A stretch of 55,890 bases of DNA, filler included, from Sphacelaria rigidula (taxonomy: Eukaryota), in NCBI GenBank assembly GCA_964200075.2. It is 6 parts of 6 records of this genome, joined end to end, with 100 filler letters (N's around TTAATTAATTAA, not from the genome) between each part and the next. Parts side by side here need not be neighbours in the genome. Positions count along the whole stretch, not along the records: positions 37,329 to 46,559 come from CAXNAA020008979.1; positions 46,660 to 55,890 come from CAXNAA020008980.1; 4 more parts are not named here. One strand, written 5' to 3'. The notes under the pieces were generated by a model that was given only the letters and a program-made list of their open reading frames with translations, made no database searches and was not told the DNA's origin. Positions 37,654 to 50,200 of this stretch are shown piece after piece; positions within the stretch are counted from its first letter, which is position 1; every line of letters starts with the position of its first letter. The position numbers and the translations under genes are program-made.

Positions 37654-40600
37654 TTAAGCACCCCGCCGCCGCTGCCGTTCTTCCCGCCATTCCGTCTGCG
37701 GCACCGCCTTGATCTTCACAGTCCCTGAAGCGTTTTCCCGTCCGACGATAGTCTTACAAGATAAGCGCCAACGCGCTGGCAGACCTCCCTGCGCCATGAG
37801 CATGTTCTCCTCTTGGTCTGCGGGAGACAGCAGTTGCTCGCCCTCCCTCACCTATGGTCGAGACACAAACAAAAACGGCGGGGCACGATGCAACTGCGCA
37901 ACTTTGTTCCCGGAGGTAGAAATAACGCAAAACCTGTTTGCACTTTTGGTGAACAAGCCCTCAGAAGTCCCCTCTATGAATGGCGCGAGTCACCGGGAAA
38001 AAAAAAACTCCAATTTGGCGTAAAAACACGCTGCAGGAAGAAGAATGCATTAAAGAAAACACCCCAAGCATGGTCGATTCTGACTAGGTGTGCTAAATCT
38101 TCTTGTCACCCACCTCTACAAAGCAGGTACCGCAGATACCCTCTCCTGCGCAGTTTCCCGTGGCGTACGGTTGATCATAGCGCAACGTCTTCGGATCGTA
38201 CACCTGAAATAAACGAGTGAGGATAGGGACGAATTTCAACAAACGAGCAACAAGAAGGGAGGATTCAAATATGAGGTAATGCAGCAGCTCGTTATCGTGT
38301 GTTTCTTCTTCATGTGTGTGCATATTGTCATCCCATTTATTCTGGACGCCAGTCTACACCTCTCGGTATATGTGGGCGCATCAGCCGGCATCACACGGGA
38401 GAAGGGTCAACACAAGAATTTTTTTTCATTTTACTTCCTTTCAGTACACCACCTTCCTTCTGCAGCGCTTGGCTTGATATTTATCGCGAGAGGGGTCCAG
38501 CGTTCAGCGGTCCCTTTCGCTCGTCGACCGTGAAGTCGAATTTTCCTTCCGAAGAACAAAGTACGAAATTTATATTTTCTGGCATTACCGCTGATTTTTG
38601 TAGTGTAGCTCGGCACCGATGCTGCCTCAAGAAGTTGGATTATAAATGATATTTCATTCTCATGCTTCGGTTAATAAGTTGAGTGAGTGCAAACCTTTCC
38701 TCAGTCAACAACTCAAGAAATTAGAGGTGGGGGAGAAAGGGGGGATCAAACAGCAGCGCCCTAGATCTGTGGGCAACGGAAAGATTCTTTTTTGAAGTGT
38801 TCAGTTTGTATCATCGCTTTCGTTTCATCACCACTAACCATTTCAGACGTACGCTCAGAGTATCAAAGTTCTGCCACTGTGTACCCTTTTCTGTACCGAT
38901 CAATTCATCGCTCCGAGCGACTCAGATCGCGTTCAGAGGATCGGACGTTCTCACACTGCACCACGGCCATCCCCACGCTCTAATGCACAGCTACACCAAC
39001 AACTATAGCACGAATCTTTATCCACGCAGACGGGTACGATCCCACAACAAATGCAATTCGGATCTTAAGAACTATTTTGTCGCGGCGGCTTCCGCCTTTC
39101 GCCACCACCACTTCTACACGACCACCACAGTCCAAATTCATTTCCTTCCTCCCTGCATCAATGAAGCGGGAGCAGTTTTTAGCAACACCATACGAAAGGC
39201 ACAGGATCGGTGTATGGCACAATATCCCCCGAAACGTTCATATATCGCATCATCGTGGTACCGTAAGGAGTGATATACTGACTGTAAGGCTTTTACAAAA
39301 GGTACAGGCCCCATCGTAGCACCCTAGCCCTTCCTGCTTGCACAAACCGACCTCAGAACTCGAAACGGGGCCACCACCCTTCACAAGGAATCACGTCGCT
39401 GGTCATTTTTCTGAGGGGCGAAAAAGGGTGCACCTTGTGAAGTAACTCACCGGAACGCCAAGTCTGATCATCTCTCCCCTAAGATTACTGCCCGCCAGAA
39501 TGTCGTGCTTCTGATCTCCGCTGGGCAGCTCGAACTGCACATTGATGGTTTCTCGTTTGACCAGACGCTTAATCACCACCATGATCTCACTGGTGTCGCC
39601 GACAAGAGAGGAGGCAGGGGCAGCGCGATATGAAAAGGACAAGGCAGGGAGGTAAACAGCAGCAATCGACCTCAACTTTTCGAAAGCATTTTCGGGGAGT
39701 ATGGGTTTGCACCTCCCTCTTCTCGCTGAGTCTCTGGCACTCTCCGCATTGGGAAGCAGACCCGGGGTACAGGACCTAGCGTCAAGTCCACCAGGTGATA
39801 AAACTCCAACAAGGAGAAAATATCAAATTCACGACTTGGGATTCTGGTCGGGAATTCGCATGGGAAATGGAGCCAAAAGCAGAATCTGCGTAAGATGCGT
39901 GTACACTCACCCACCGGCAGAAAAACCATGCCGAAATTCATGTACTAGCTACATGCCGGCAACCGTCATATATCATTCTAGGAATATGATGCAAACGCGA
40001 GACTTCCCATAAAAGACGCTTTGATCATCGACCCATACCGGGCGGGAGGCCAGGAGCGGTTGCTAAAAACCTCTGGTGGTCGATTTTTTTTTACATTTTC
40101 GGAACGGTTCCCCACCACTTTCAATGCTGGTACGACGCTGTCGTTTTTCTCTCGCCTTTCCTGTGTCAACTCGCCAAGAGCTCCCACGGTTCTGTCCCAA
40201 TCAAACGCTTCCACGCGTATCATTCCGTTGGGCTCTACGCCCACCCAGCTGATGGTGTCGCCTACGTAAATCTACGGAGGAAAGAAATGGAACAAAGTCA
40301 GGCGAGGAAGAACAGTTGAAAAGATCAACGACACGAACATGTTTCAACGTGACATCATAACCTTTCAACAGGATAAATTTTAGAAAATGAAAGCAGATAA
40401 GAAGGGGGTACACCCCCATATTGTAGTCAAAAGGGGCTTCACCAAACCAGAGGGCTCAGCACAGGCTCGGAAGGTAACACGTCTGTTTTTCCGCTTCGCA
40501 TGCCCTCTGGACACTCTCGGGTTTCCGAACGACAGTTCTTTTAAATGCAAATCGCAGCGCAAAATACAGAACTGGCGATGGAGAGGGAAGGCTCCCTCTT

Positions 40601-42670
40601 GAGGTAGCAGAGTACCCTTTTTTTGCCGCTCGGCAAGGGGGAGTATCCCCTTGTTTCTAGCATTATTGGGAGATATCTATTTTTACCTTGTCTGCTACCC
40701 CTCCTTGTCTATTTTTCGCCATGCTGGGTACCCGACACGGTCGTGGTTCTTGGCGTTGACTTGCCCTAACAAGTAACGGCCGACCAGCGAAAAGTGACTA
40801 AAATGACGCGCTTGCGGAAATCAAGATCCAAACGGGCAACTAGTCTAATTGAACCATGATGCGTACTATTGCAGTGTAGTGTGCTCTGCTTCATCTTGCA
40901 GAGCATAGGCGTTACCTGGCACGACGCACAAGTGCTTTGCGCTGGGCATGCAAGCTCTTTTTGACAGAGGGAGCTAGAAATGTGTGGTTTGCTTTACACC
41001 TGGATACTTTCATCGTGCTAGCTGCTGAAGGTTTCCTCCTCGAAGGATTCCTTTGTGCTCCTTTCCGGACAAGTTGGGCGGGATTTCAGATCCAAGTTAC
41101 TGTAGACCATAAAAAAAAAATGGGTAACACAACGCGCGTGTGGTGATCGAGGACCAACCGGGGTCAAAGCCATAGAAAGGGGCCCACATCGACGGGCTTG
41201 TGACGATCGATATTCAAAACGGGCAATTTGTCTGACTGAACTATGCTGGATGCTATACTGCTCTTCTAGTGTCGCGTACTCGGCTGCATATTCCTCTTCC
41301 AGGGCGTAGCACACTCTGAACAATAGATTGCATTCACGAAACGTGTATTGCGTACAACATCGACTATCGCGTCTACTGCAATAGGAAATAGGTCCCATAT
41401 TATACGCAGTACACGTTTTGATAACGTAATCTTTTGCCCAGGGTGTGCTGCCTTGCACGACACGCAATCACTCTGCGCTGTCGATGTAGGACCTCTTTGG
41501 CAAGAGGACCTAGGCACTCGTAGAGCGCTGTACACTCGAATATTGTGGTGTTCGCTGCCGCAGGTGTCTGTCGCAAGTGTGGCTACAATTGATCGAGGGG
41601 GGGGGGGGGTTCAACACGACCCTGATGATAGTACTACTTGGTAGTACGTTCGGTCGGACATGGCGGGCAACGTGGCAGGCTTGCACCAAGCTACCAGGCA
41701 TCCTCTTGGCCAATATACGGTGAATGCATTTTCGGCTAATCTTTTGGGGGTGTAACCCTTTCTGTATATTGCCCTTCAAAAGACGTGAGGTGGACGAGAA
41801 CAATCACTCAAATGGAAACCTCATCTACACAGCAGCAGAACTTCATCAGCAGTACTTGAAAGCATGATGAAAATAAGCATTAACAAATAATAAAGGAAAT
41901 GACACGAAAAAATAAAGTTCGCTTCAAGTGACTGAAACAAACATTTTCGACTCAAGACGACAAAATTCCAACAGGATTTGAACGAGACTGAAATCGATAC
42001 ATTTCAATTGAAACAACATTCTGTATGAGTAGCGGGACTAACCAGCAGAGCAAGGGCAGAAGACGAGACAACAAACGCGTACACGCATAGGGCAGTGACA
42101 CCCTCTCTCAGGCGGCTCCCGCAGCGGTGCGTGAAACAAGTGCCGACTTCAGAACGACTCTCTCACGCCGGTAACATCACAAACAAAGGCTGAAAAGAAA
42201 AAAGAACAAGCAGCCAGAATACAGCGATATTCAGTAGCTTTACGTGGAAACTGCGGATCCGCATACAACACATGAAAAAAAACACACATGAGAAAGACTG
42301 CACTGCGGCACTGTTCATACGGCGCTCGTGGCCTGCCGGGCCTACCTCTTCTTGACGCATTTCACGATTCCATTGGACATGCGACTGCCACCATTCTGCA
42401 GGAGATACACGTACGCACACGACTTCCCGCACGTCTGTGGCCGGCCAGCGAATAAAATTACCACGGCGAGATGTAAGGCGACGGGTCTGATTATGCTCAA
42501 CTATCTCTGCAAATTACTACGTTCGGTACCTTGCCCGTTGCTTCAGCGTTACCCCCGGGCTCCAGTCCTGCAACAAGCACCAGGCCACGCCCGTCACCGC
42601 CCCGTGCTACCTCCTCCAGTCGCATGCCCAGCGACGGCTCGCGCTTCATCTTCACCTTGACAATCTCTAC
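37654..42670 (-). CDS. PDZ-domain + 2Fe-2S ferredoxin-like protein (probably plastid-targeted); 5' exons unresolved
   Basis: Minus-strand exons 42670-42530, 40271-40156, 39589-39451, 38203-38114 and 37851-37654 (TAA). PDZ-like: SLGMRLEEV..GLVLVAGLEPGGNAEATGK|IYVGDTIS. Ferredoxin: GSNLR, NCAGEGICGTCFVE|V (Cx5Cx2C), WRLSCKT (fourth Cys). Confidence 0.88.
38313..38544 (-). mobile_element. 5'-truncated copy of the same SINE
   Basis: Reverse complement matches the SINE body from ttcgacttcacggtcgacga to the CA tail. Confidence 0.75.
41310..41447. mobile_element. diverged member of the same MITE family
   Basis: cacactctgaacaatagattg ... tgcccagggtgtg; internal tgcgtacaacatcgactat closely matches 13479 onward; no clear TSD. 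Confidence 0.6.
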
Positions 42671-45600
42671 CTGAAGATACCGGATACCGTTGCCCGCGTG
42701 TGAATGCCGCGAATTGCAACGTGGAATCGTCTGCAAATCTCCAACAAGTGTGTCCGGTCATAATTTCTTACGAGTAAATCTTGGAAATGAAAATCTAGAA
42801 AGATGGTTGCGTTGAATTATCAATTCTCCGTGTTGTTCCTTTTCGATAATATGGAGGGATTCGTGGGGCAGGTGTGTACCTCCTAGTAGATACTGTCATA
42901 TTCCGAAGGTTTCAATTGTCTGCACCAAGACTCGAGATCATCACGGGAAGAGGGGCGGGCACTTCCAGCGTTAAGAGCTCGCCTCGAGGGCGGTCTGCGG
43001 ACGTAGAGAAAGCTGCATCGCTTGCGAGGTATGTAACAGCATAGATTGCAAGCGATTTCTACTGGAAAAACGTGCCGTCCCGGTAGTGCACGACGAAGTT
43101 CGTGAAGGGTTATGTACATGCGGGCCTCACCCCGTGCGCACTGGTCTGAACACATATGATACAGTACAGCACATCATATACTGCGCGCCGCCTGTGTTTG
43201 AGACTGCGCACCACCCGCAGCAGTGACACCTGTAGCGGCACAACGTGCTCGATGCACAGCAGCAACGTACAAGGTGACATGGCACACCGCAGAACGTAAC
43301 ATCCTTCGTATATCTCTGCCCTGCAGTGATTTTCACTTGTCTTCCGCAGTTCACCACAACATGTACCCAGCCGCTTCTGCTGCCGTTCATGTGTACGGGG
43401 AAAACCACCTGTCGCGGGTCCAGATTTTCGTGACCCGACTGTCTTGCAGCGACGTTAGGTGTTGGGCTATGTCCTTTTTCACGTAACATTAAAGGCCTGG
43501 GCGGCTACATTTGCGCACTTGCCTTTGAAATAATCGTGCGTTGTACCGTTAGGATGCACTGTACAGAAATGCCCACATGGCATGGAGAAGGCGCGGTGCC
43601 GTATTATGGCCGACAATGACGAGGCTCGGGAGTAATCATCGGCGTTACCCATCAGAGTGCAATCTAATCCAGATGTGCGGTTGCTCTCCTGTAGGGGTTA
43701 TGATCTGCATGGCACTTGCGTGCCATGGACATCGACGTCAGAGAGAGTAGAGGCAATTCAGGTATTCGCCACTTGTTCTTACCCTGCGCCGTCAAATTAA
43801 TGTCGAAGTGTATAGGGTCTGGGAACCAGTAGGCGGTGGGTGCGGATGGAAGTCATTCCGGCCAAAGAGGCGGAGTGTCCGTCGACCATGGAAGGGACCC
43901 GCCACGATGTTTCCGGACCGGCGAAGGGCGAAGAGGAACGGAATATCGTCGCAAGAGGTGAGCGCCAGGCACTGATTGAAGAAAGCACGACCTGCCGCGG
44001 CGAGTACAGTACACTGTGCCGCAATTTTGCCGCGGTCAACTTGTCCATTTTTGTCTCTGAACTTGCGGCAGCACGCGAAATTTGCCCTGTGTACGTTTTG
44101 GGTAGTCAGGGGATATGCGATAGTGTTATCTCTTCTGTTTAAGGCGATTCAAAGTGCTGGCGTCGAGCGATATTGGGAAGAGAAGGAGGTCGGGCCCGCC
44201 ATATAATGCTGAATTGATATTGTTAGGGTCATACGGAGAAAGTGCCGTGTTCATGCGGGGTGTTTAAAGACCGTCACCAGTCGTCACAAAACACGGCATT
44301 TTACAAATTGGAAAAGGGTTTTTCTCTTGAAGCCGCTTCTTGTAGACTGACGAAAGTGTCCGAGTCAAGCCGTTGCGGTCAATTTCCAGAGACTTCTGCC
44401 ACAATGCGACGTTATAGGGCCATTTTGAAGGAAAATCTGCATGGGGAAACTGATCTAAATTCCCAGACAGCGATTTTTCCAAATATCTCCGGTAAAAAGG
44501 AATCGATTCCCAGAGATATTGTTCGGTCTGGGATTTGACGTTCCATCACACACTCCTCGCACACCCCACCCGCGATGGTACAGTCAGAGCTACATGACGC
44601 ACTCGTCGCATACAAGTGTAGCACAGTCAGTGAAAAACTTGCTCCGTAAGTACTGTACGCCTTACAAGCTTGGATCCTGACAACCGACATGTTGGGGCCG
44701 TAGTGAAGAAACAATTTTGGGGATTTGAGATGATCCGATAAGATGGCCGAAATTCACAGAAATTGGTTTTGCACCTAGGACCCCAACATTTCCGTTATCG
44801 AGATCAAAATTAGTATGGCGTGTAGTACTTGTCAATAGCTACCAGCATGTGCAGAAATGGATCATACTCCGAATATTGGATGTTGATACGAAGATTTTCA
44901 TTCTCTGGGTCAGTCATCCTCGAGAAGGACACCATCCCCAACGTGTACAATCCGGTGTTGAAAAACACTTTGGCGTCTCCGGCGCGATACATAGGCGAGG
45001 TCAAAATAAGTATTCATCTTCGTTCGTTCACAAAACGATGTAGATCGCCCCATTCTAGCCAAAACACTAGAGGGTTAGGCAGTATTTCCCGATACCCAAC
45101 CTATGTGACCAGTCTTTTACTGGAATGAACAGCGGCACGCGAAAACACTGCGAACATCCCTCACTACTTGAAAAATTCCCGACTTCGAACGTTCATTGAG
45201 GAAAGGGTATCGGGGGAAACAGGTTCCGGTCCACACGGTAGTCACGCCGTTCCAAAAAATTATCCGTGGACCTACCCGTCTTCGAGGAAAAATGACCGGG
45301 TAGGGAGGAAAAAGCGAGTGAGATACACAAAATAACGGATGAGCCACCGAGAAAACGCCCAGGCTTTCTTTTCACCATGTCCAGGACAACAGGAAGGCAT
45401 CGCAAGGTGTCGAAATGTGGCTGGCTCTCTTTTAAGGCGTCAAGCGACGTACACGCTCTACTAAGGGCACTGTTGCATATTCCTATTTGACTCTGCCATA
45501 AGGACCGGCGGCACGCAGGTATATCGTATCGCGAAATGCAGAAATCCCCACCACGGGAATTGCGCCACCGACCTCTGCATGATATGGGGGGAGGGGGGGG

Positions 45601-46559
45601 TGAATAGCGGCCGATCGCCATCGACGGAATTAGCAAACATGCTCCACATGTGTGCGGAGACTCATCGTCCCTTTCCGGCCTTGAAAATGTGCGCAGGAAG
45701 CGGTAATTCCCGCGGAAGACACGCGCACAGCATTGCAGAGGGGCGACCGATGCGGTCTCCATTGCAATTGAGATCGCCATGCAGTGACGGTACAGGGGGC
45801 GGCGGTGGAGCGGGTGGCAGAGCCGGTCGATCGACGCCAACCGCGGTCGAACGTACGCCTGTCGGACACCACAGCGGGACGCTGCAACACGCGGCGCCGA
45901 CACTTGCGGAGCTCCTGTGGATTCTCCGTGTTCAGACGGCAGGCGTAGAAGCGCTCGCCGCCAGTCCGCACTCCGGAGGGGGAGCGGCGATGGGCTGCGA
46001 GAAGGGTTCCTCCTGGGGCTTGAAGGGCGAACGCATGCTAACTCGCCCCCCCCTTGTAGGCAGCGTACAAACTGCCACCATGTATATTTTTTCCATTTTC
46101 TCTCCATGTGTACTACTACTGTGCCTTCTCTCCTGCTCCCTTGTGTTCCTGGTCTCGTACCGAGGGGGCCATTCAGCGCTGGGCACCCAACCGTCCACCA
46201 CCGCACTGTCTGCCGCTTCTCCGGAGTTTTTGATCCGATCCCACAATGCCGCCGCTTCCGCCACGGCGGCGTTATCGCCCAGGTGCCGAAATGCCCTTTC
46301 CGTGGCGAAAGTGAACCGGGGTGGGCGGTGGCAAGCGGTACACATCGGTTGACTCGAATGGGAAGGGTTTCCGGTGCACACGCCGCACCGCCCGCCCTAT
46401 GTGTCTGTAGATCCACACACCGCCTTCCCGCATGGCGACAGTCGCGGCTTGCGGGTACGCGCCGGCTGGCGCCCAACGTCCCGCTGCCTAGAAAGGGGGG
46501 GGGCGTACTCATTTGTTGCTTGCCTTAGTCGTTTGACCATTGACCAGTAGAAAGGGGGG

Positions 46560-46659
46560 NNNNNNNNNNNNNNNNNNNNNNNNNNNNNNNNNNNNNNNNN
46601 NNNTTAATTAATTAANNNNNNNNNNNNNNNNNNNNNNNNNNNNNNNNNNNNNNNNNNNN
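46560..46659. other. artificial contig linker
   Basis: Identical 100-nt spacer. Confidence 0.97.
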
Positions 46660-47234
46660 ACAGCTAAGCAAGAGAGGAAGGGGAGCGAGGACGAAGGGAG
46701 GGCGGGGGGGGGGGGGCTGGGCGAAAGCAATTTCTTCCACGAACTTTCTCATCATATCGTCGCTGAAAGCAGCAGTGATTGTTCGAACGCGCTTGCTACC
46801 GATAAATAATGCTCATTCACACTGCTTGACACCGCTTTTACCCAAATACAAGCGCACCGAGACAGTATCCGATCGTCTGACACCTATGAGCTCACTTCAC
46901 CAGGACCCCCCCCCCTGTATCGTAGCAAGACTGGTATATAGTACTTACACGCTCTAGGGTTCGGCCGTTTGAAACGAAAAGTAGAAAACAACTCGACATG
47001 AGGGTGATCTGCAACCAGTACCTTCACCATCAATCACCGCACGTTATATCGAGGCACGATCGCTCTCGGACAATTCCAGAAAACTATCCAAGCACCGTCG
47101 CGTCTTTTTTTCACCTCCGCTCAGTACGAGTTTTACAAGTGTCAATCACCCACGCGACGCCTTCCAAGAAAACGCCCCTCCATTTGTTAATTAATGACAA
47201 GTCTCTGATCGCACTGTCTGCTTTTGTTTATCAG

Positions 47235-50200
47235 GACGATGATTCGGACCTTGGTCTCAGCCAGAAGAGGCCTACTCGCTTCGACGAAAGCTTCAGGATC
47301 GCAGAATGGATGCGTGTTGTTCTGGGGGGGAAATTTTCACTGCCCCTGGTGAGATGGAGATACACTAGTACTCGAGAAACGCTTGCAGTAGTGGATGATG
47401 TTGCTGCAGCTCACTGAGCTTGGCTCACCTTGTGTTGTCAGTCGTCTGCGTCGCTTGGCGCGTTGAGTATTGCAGGACACTTCGATGTATAGGACATACA
47501 ATCATGAGAGCAAATAGTAGTGATTCGGTGGTAAATGTGCACATTGTAGTCCGAAAGGTTTCCCGAGACCACGCACAAAGTGTAATGCGTGAGAGGACCG
47601 CCTGCTGAGAGTACCGCATCGTAGTTCAAAACACCTCAGGATCGACGTTTTTCAAACCCAATCGGGTCAGTCCCTGCTGGGACCGCGCCCCTGACCCTAA
47701 TCCCAACACTAACCCTAACCGTCACCCTTACGACGGGGATGTTTAAATCCCGATGCGGTCTGTTGAGCACGCGGTCCTCCCACGCCTTACACTAAGGCCA
47801 CGCCGCACCCCACCATCGTGCACTGCACCCGCGACGTGGGTACTTGTGAGAGCATCGTGGGACAGATATTTGTCGTGGAGAGGCTACAGTGCAGAGCCTC
47901 AGGAAACAATGTGCACCCCTACCGCAGAACCGTTCATGCGAAGTGCTGTGCACACGGAAACGACGCCTCGATGCACAAGCGTCAGTTCCGAATGTTTGGT
48001 CGTCGGTATCCCGTCCTTGAATAAAATGAACACCCTCTTGTACGAACCTTCCTCCGAGTGCATCTACACCATCCTCGCCCCACTGGTATGTCACATCATT
48101 ATGGGCACCACACGCCACTGACAGATACAACTTCGCGTGCATAATCACCAGGTGGCCATGTTTAGTGCCGTACCTTCTTTGGTGGCTCTGTACAGCGAAG
48201 TAGCTGCCTTGTCGTTTGAGCCGGCGGGGAAACCTGTGGGTGAAATCGCCTACGAGACTTCACTGGCGCAGGTGTGTGACCATCAAAAACTGTGAACTGT
48301 GATGTTCTGTACAGTAGTTTACATCTGAAACAGGAGAGTTTCGTAGTCTCTTCCTAGTGGGGACTATTCGAAAGTGTTTTCGCGTGCCACCGCTCACCCC
48401 AGTCAACGTATGATCCCAAAGTTTGGGGATCGGGAGATACTAGGCATTCCCCCCACCTTCCGAAGTAAGGTCGCATTAGCGTTCATTATTGAACGACGTA
48501 TGGGCTTACCGACCTTCGGGGGTCATGTTCCTGAGACTACTCAACCCCAGGTTCTAACCCTTGAGTAATTTTGATCGATTGGAGCGCTGCCGATCGTTTT
48601 CGTTATCGAACGAATATTATTACTCCTTTTTACTTCAACCTATTTATTGCCCTAGAGCCGAAAAACGGTTGTTTGACCCAGTGACGGTCGATAACACCCC
48701 TTGAACAAGGTATTTACTCCGTATCACCCCGACAGCACCAATTGAGGATTGTGTTCTAAGCACGACCTGCTTCTCTTCCCAATAAATATCGACGTTTGGA
48801 CGTTCAAGGGCCAAGGACGGGAACTACACGAGAAAATTCAGAAAGTACCCAAAAACGAAAATTGACGAATCGAGCTCTGGATAGCATAGGCGTGAGTGAA
48901 CCGATTTCGAGCAATGCCACGGTACGGGTGCCATTGCTTTTTCACTGAAACTGATTGTTGCAAGGGTCAGACAAATTAATGACTCGTCTGAAATTACTTG
49001 GTTCTAATGTAATTGATTCGAATCGTACAAATCAATCCCTAGGCTTTGTTTTCAGCGTTGCAACCCAGGTACACGCAACCCAGACGCGTGGAATGGCGCA
49101 AACGTTGCGTGGATAACCCCTCGGACCAGCGTTCAACTTTTTTCTCCCTTTTGGGCAATCAGATCGAAAAAATCGTGGATTTGGTGATTTGAACACATGA
49201 TGTTTCGTCCTAACCGTGAATTGTTGTAGAAGTCTCTCAATGACAAACATTTGGGGCTTACTGTGCAAGCTTAATCCTTTGGGAACCGAACTCCCAGAAA
49301 CATGGTGTTTGCACGAAGGGGCCTTTGTGTGAATCGCATCATTTTCAGCCCTTTTCAAGTAAAAATGATGTCGAATTACAAAATGCCTTCTGCGCGCAAG
49401 CACCATGTTTTTGAGAGTTCGGTTCCAAAAGGGTTGAGACAGGCTTTGGCTCAAAACGTGCACACCTACCGCGGCATCACTCTTCCGATCACTCTCATGG
49501 ATGATCGTATGGGCCCTGATTTTTTCAGTTTAACCCATTCATTGCGCCGGAGCCGAAAAGGAATGTGTTTTGGACAAAGACGATCGATAGCACCCCCTTT
49601 CAAAAGAAACTCGGAAGTCGTTCGAAATTGAGTGCAGAATCGATTTTCCTCTCGAAATGTGGAGCAAATTCCCAGTATATACAGACTCACAAACATCGGG
49701 ACCACCCGCTCGCTGGGGTGAGCGTTGGCACCTAAAAAACATGGAAAACCGCCGACTACTAAAATAAAACAAGAAAATATGTTGTTTTGGATTAAAACTG
49801 CTACTGCGATACTCGCCGTTTCGCAGGGGTGATTATTTTGGGTGGTTGAAGAATGAAGCTACCGTAGTAGGTTTTGAAATATTGGTTTCTCCCTTCATGA
49901 CATTAGTACAACATTGAACAACAGCATTCATCTGCGGAACTGAAGTCCGGAGAACAAAACATTTTACAGCAAAACACCCCCCGCAGCCATGGTGGTTCCT
50001 GAAGTACGAACGTCGAGTTTATGCCACGATAGAGTTGTACAACATGATTCTCAGGTTTGAATTGTTGAAAGTATCATGTTTTCTCCAATAAATGACTTAT
50101 GATACACACACCACGTTTATAATTCTACCGGACTAAGAATAGATCCCATGGATGTTTTAAATGGGTATGTCGATCCATATTCTCCAAACTTTGGAAGAGC

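Noticed and set aside
45193-46512. 439-aa minus-strand ORF and overlapping 257- and 203-aa plus-strand ORFs
   Set aside because: GC-rich sequence open in several frames, no recognisable motif, and it abuts a dispersed repeat; not supportable as a gene.
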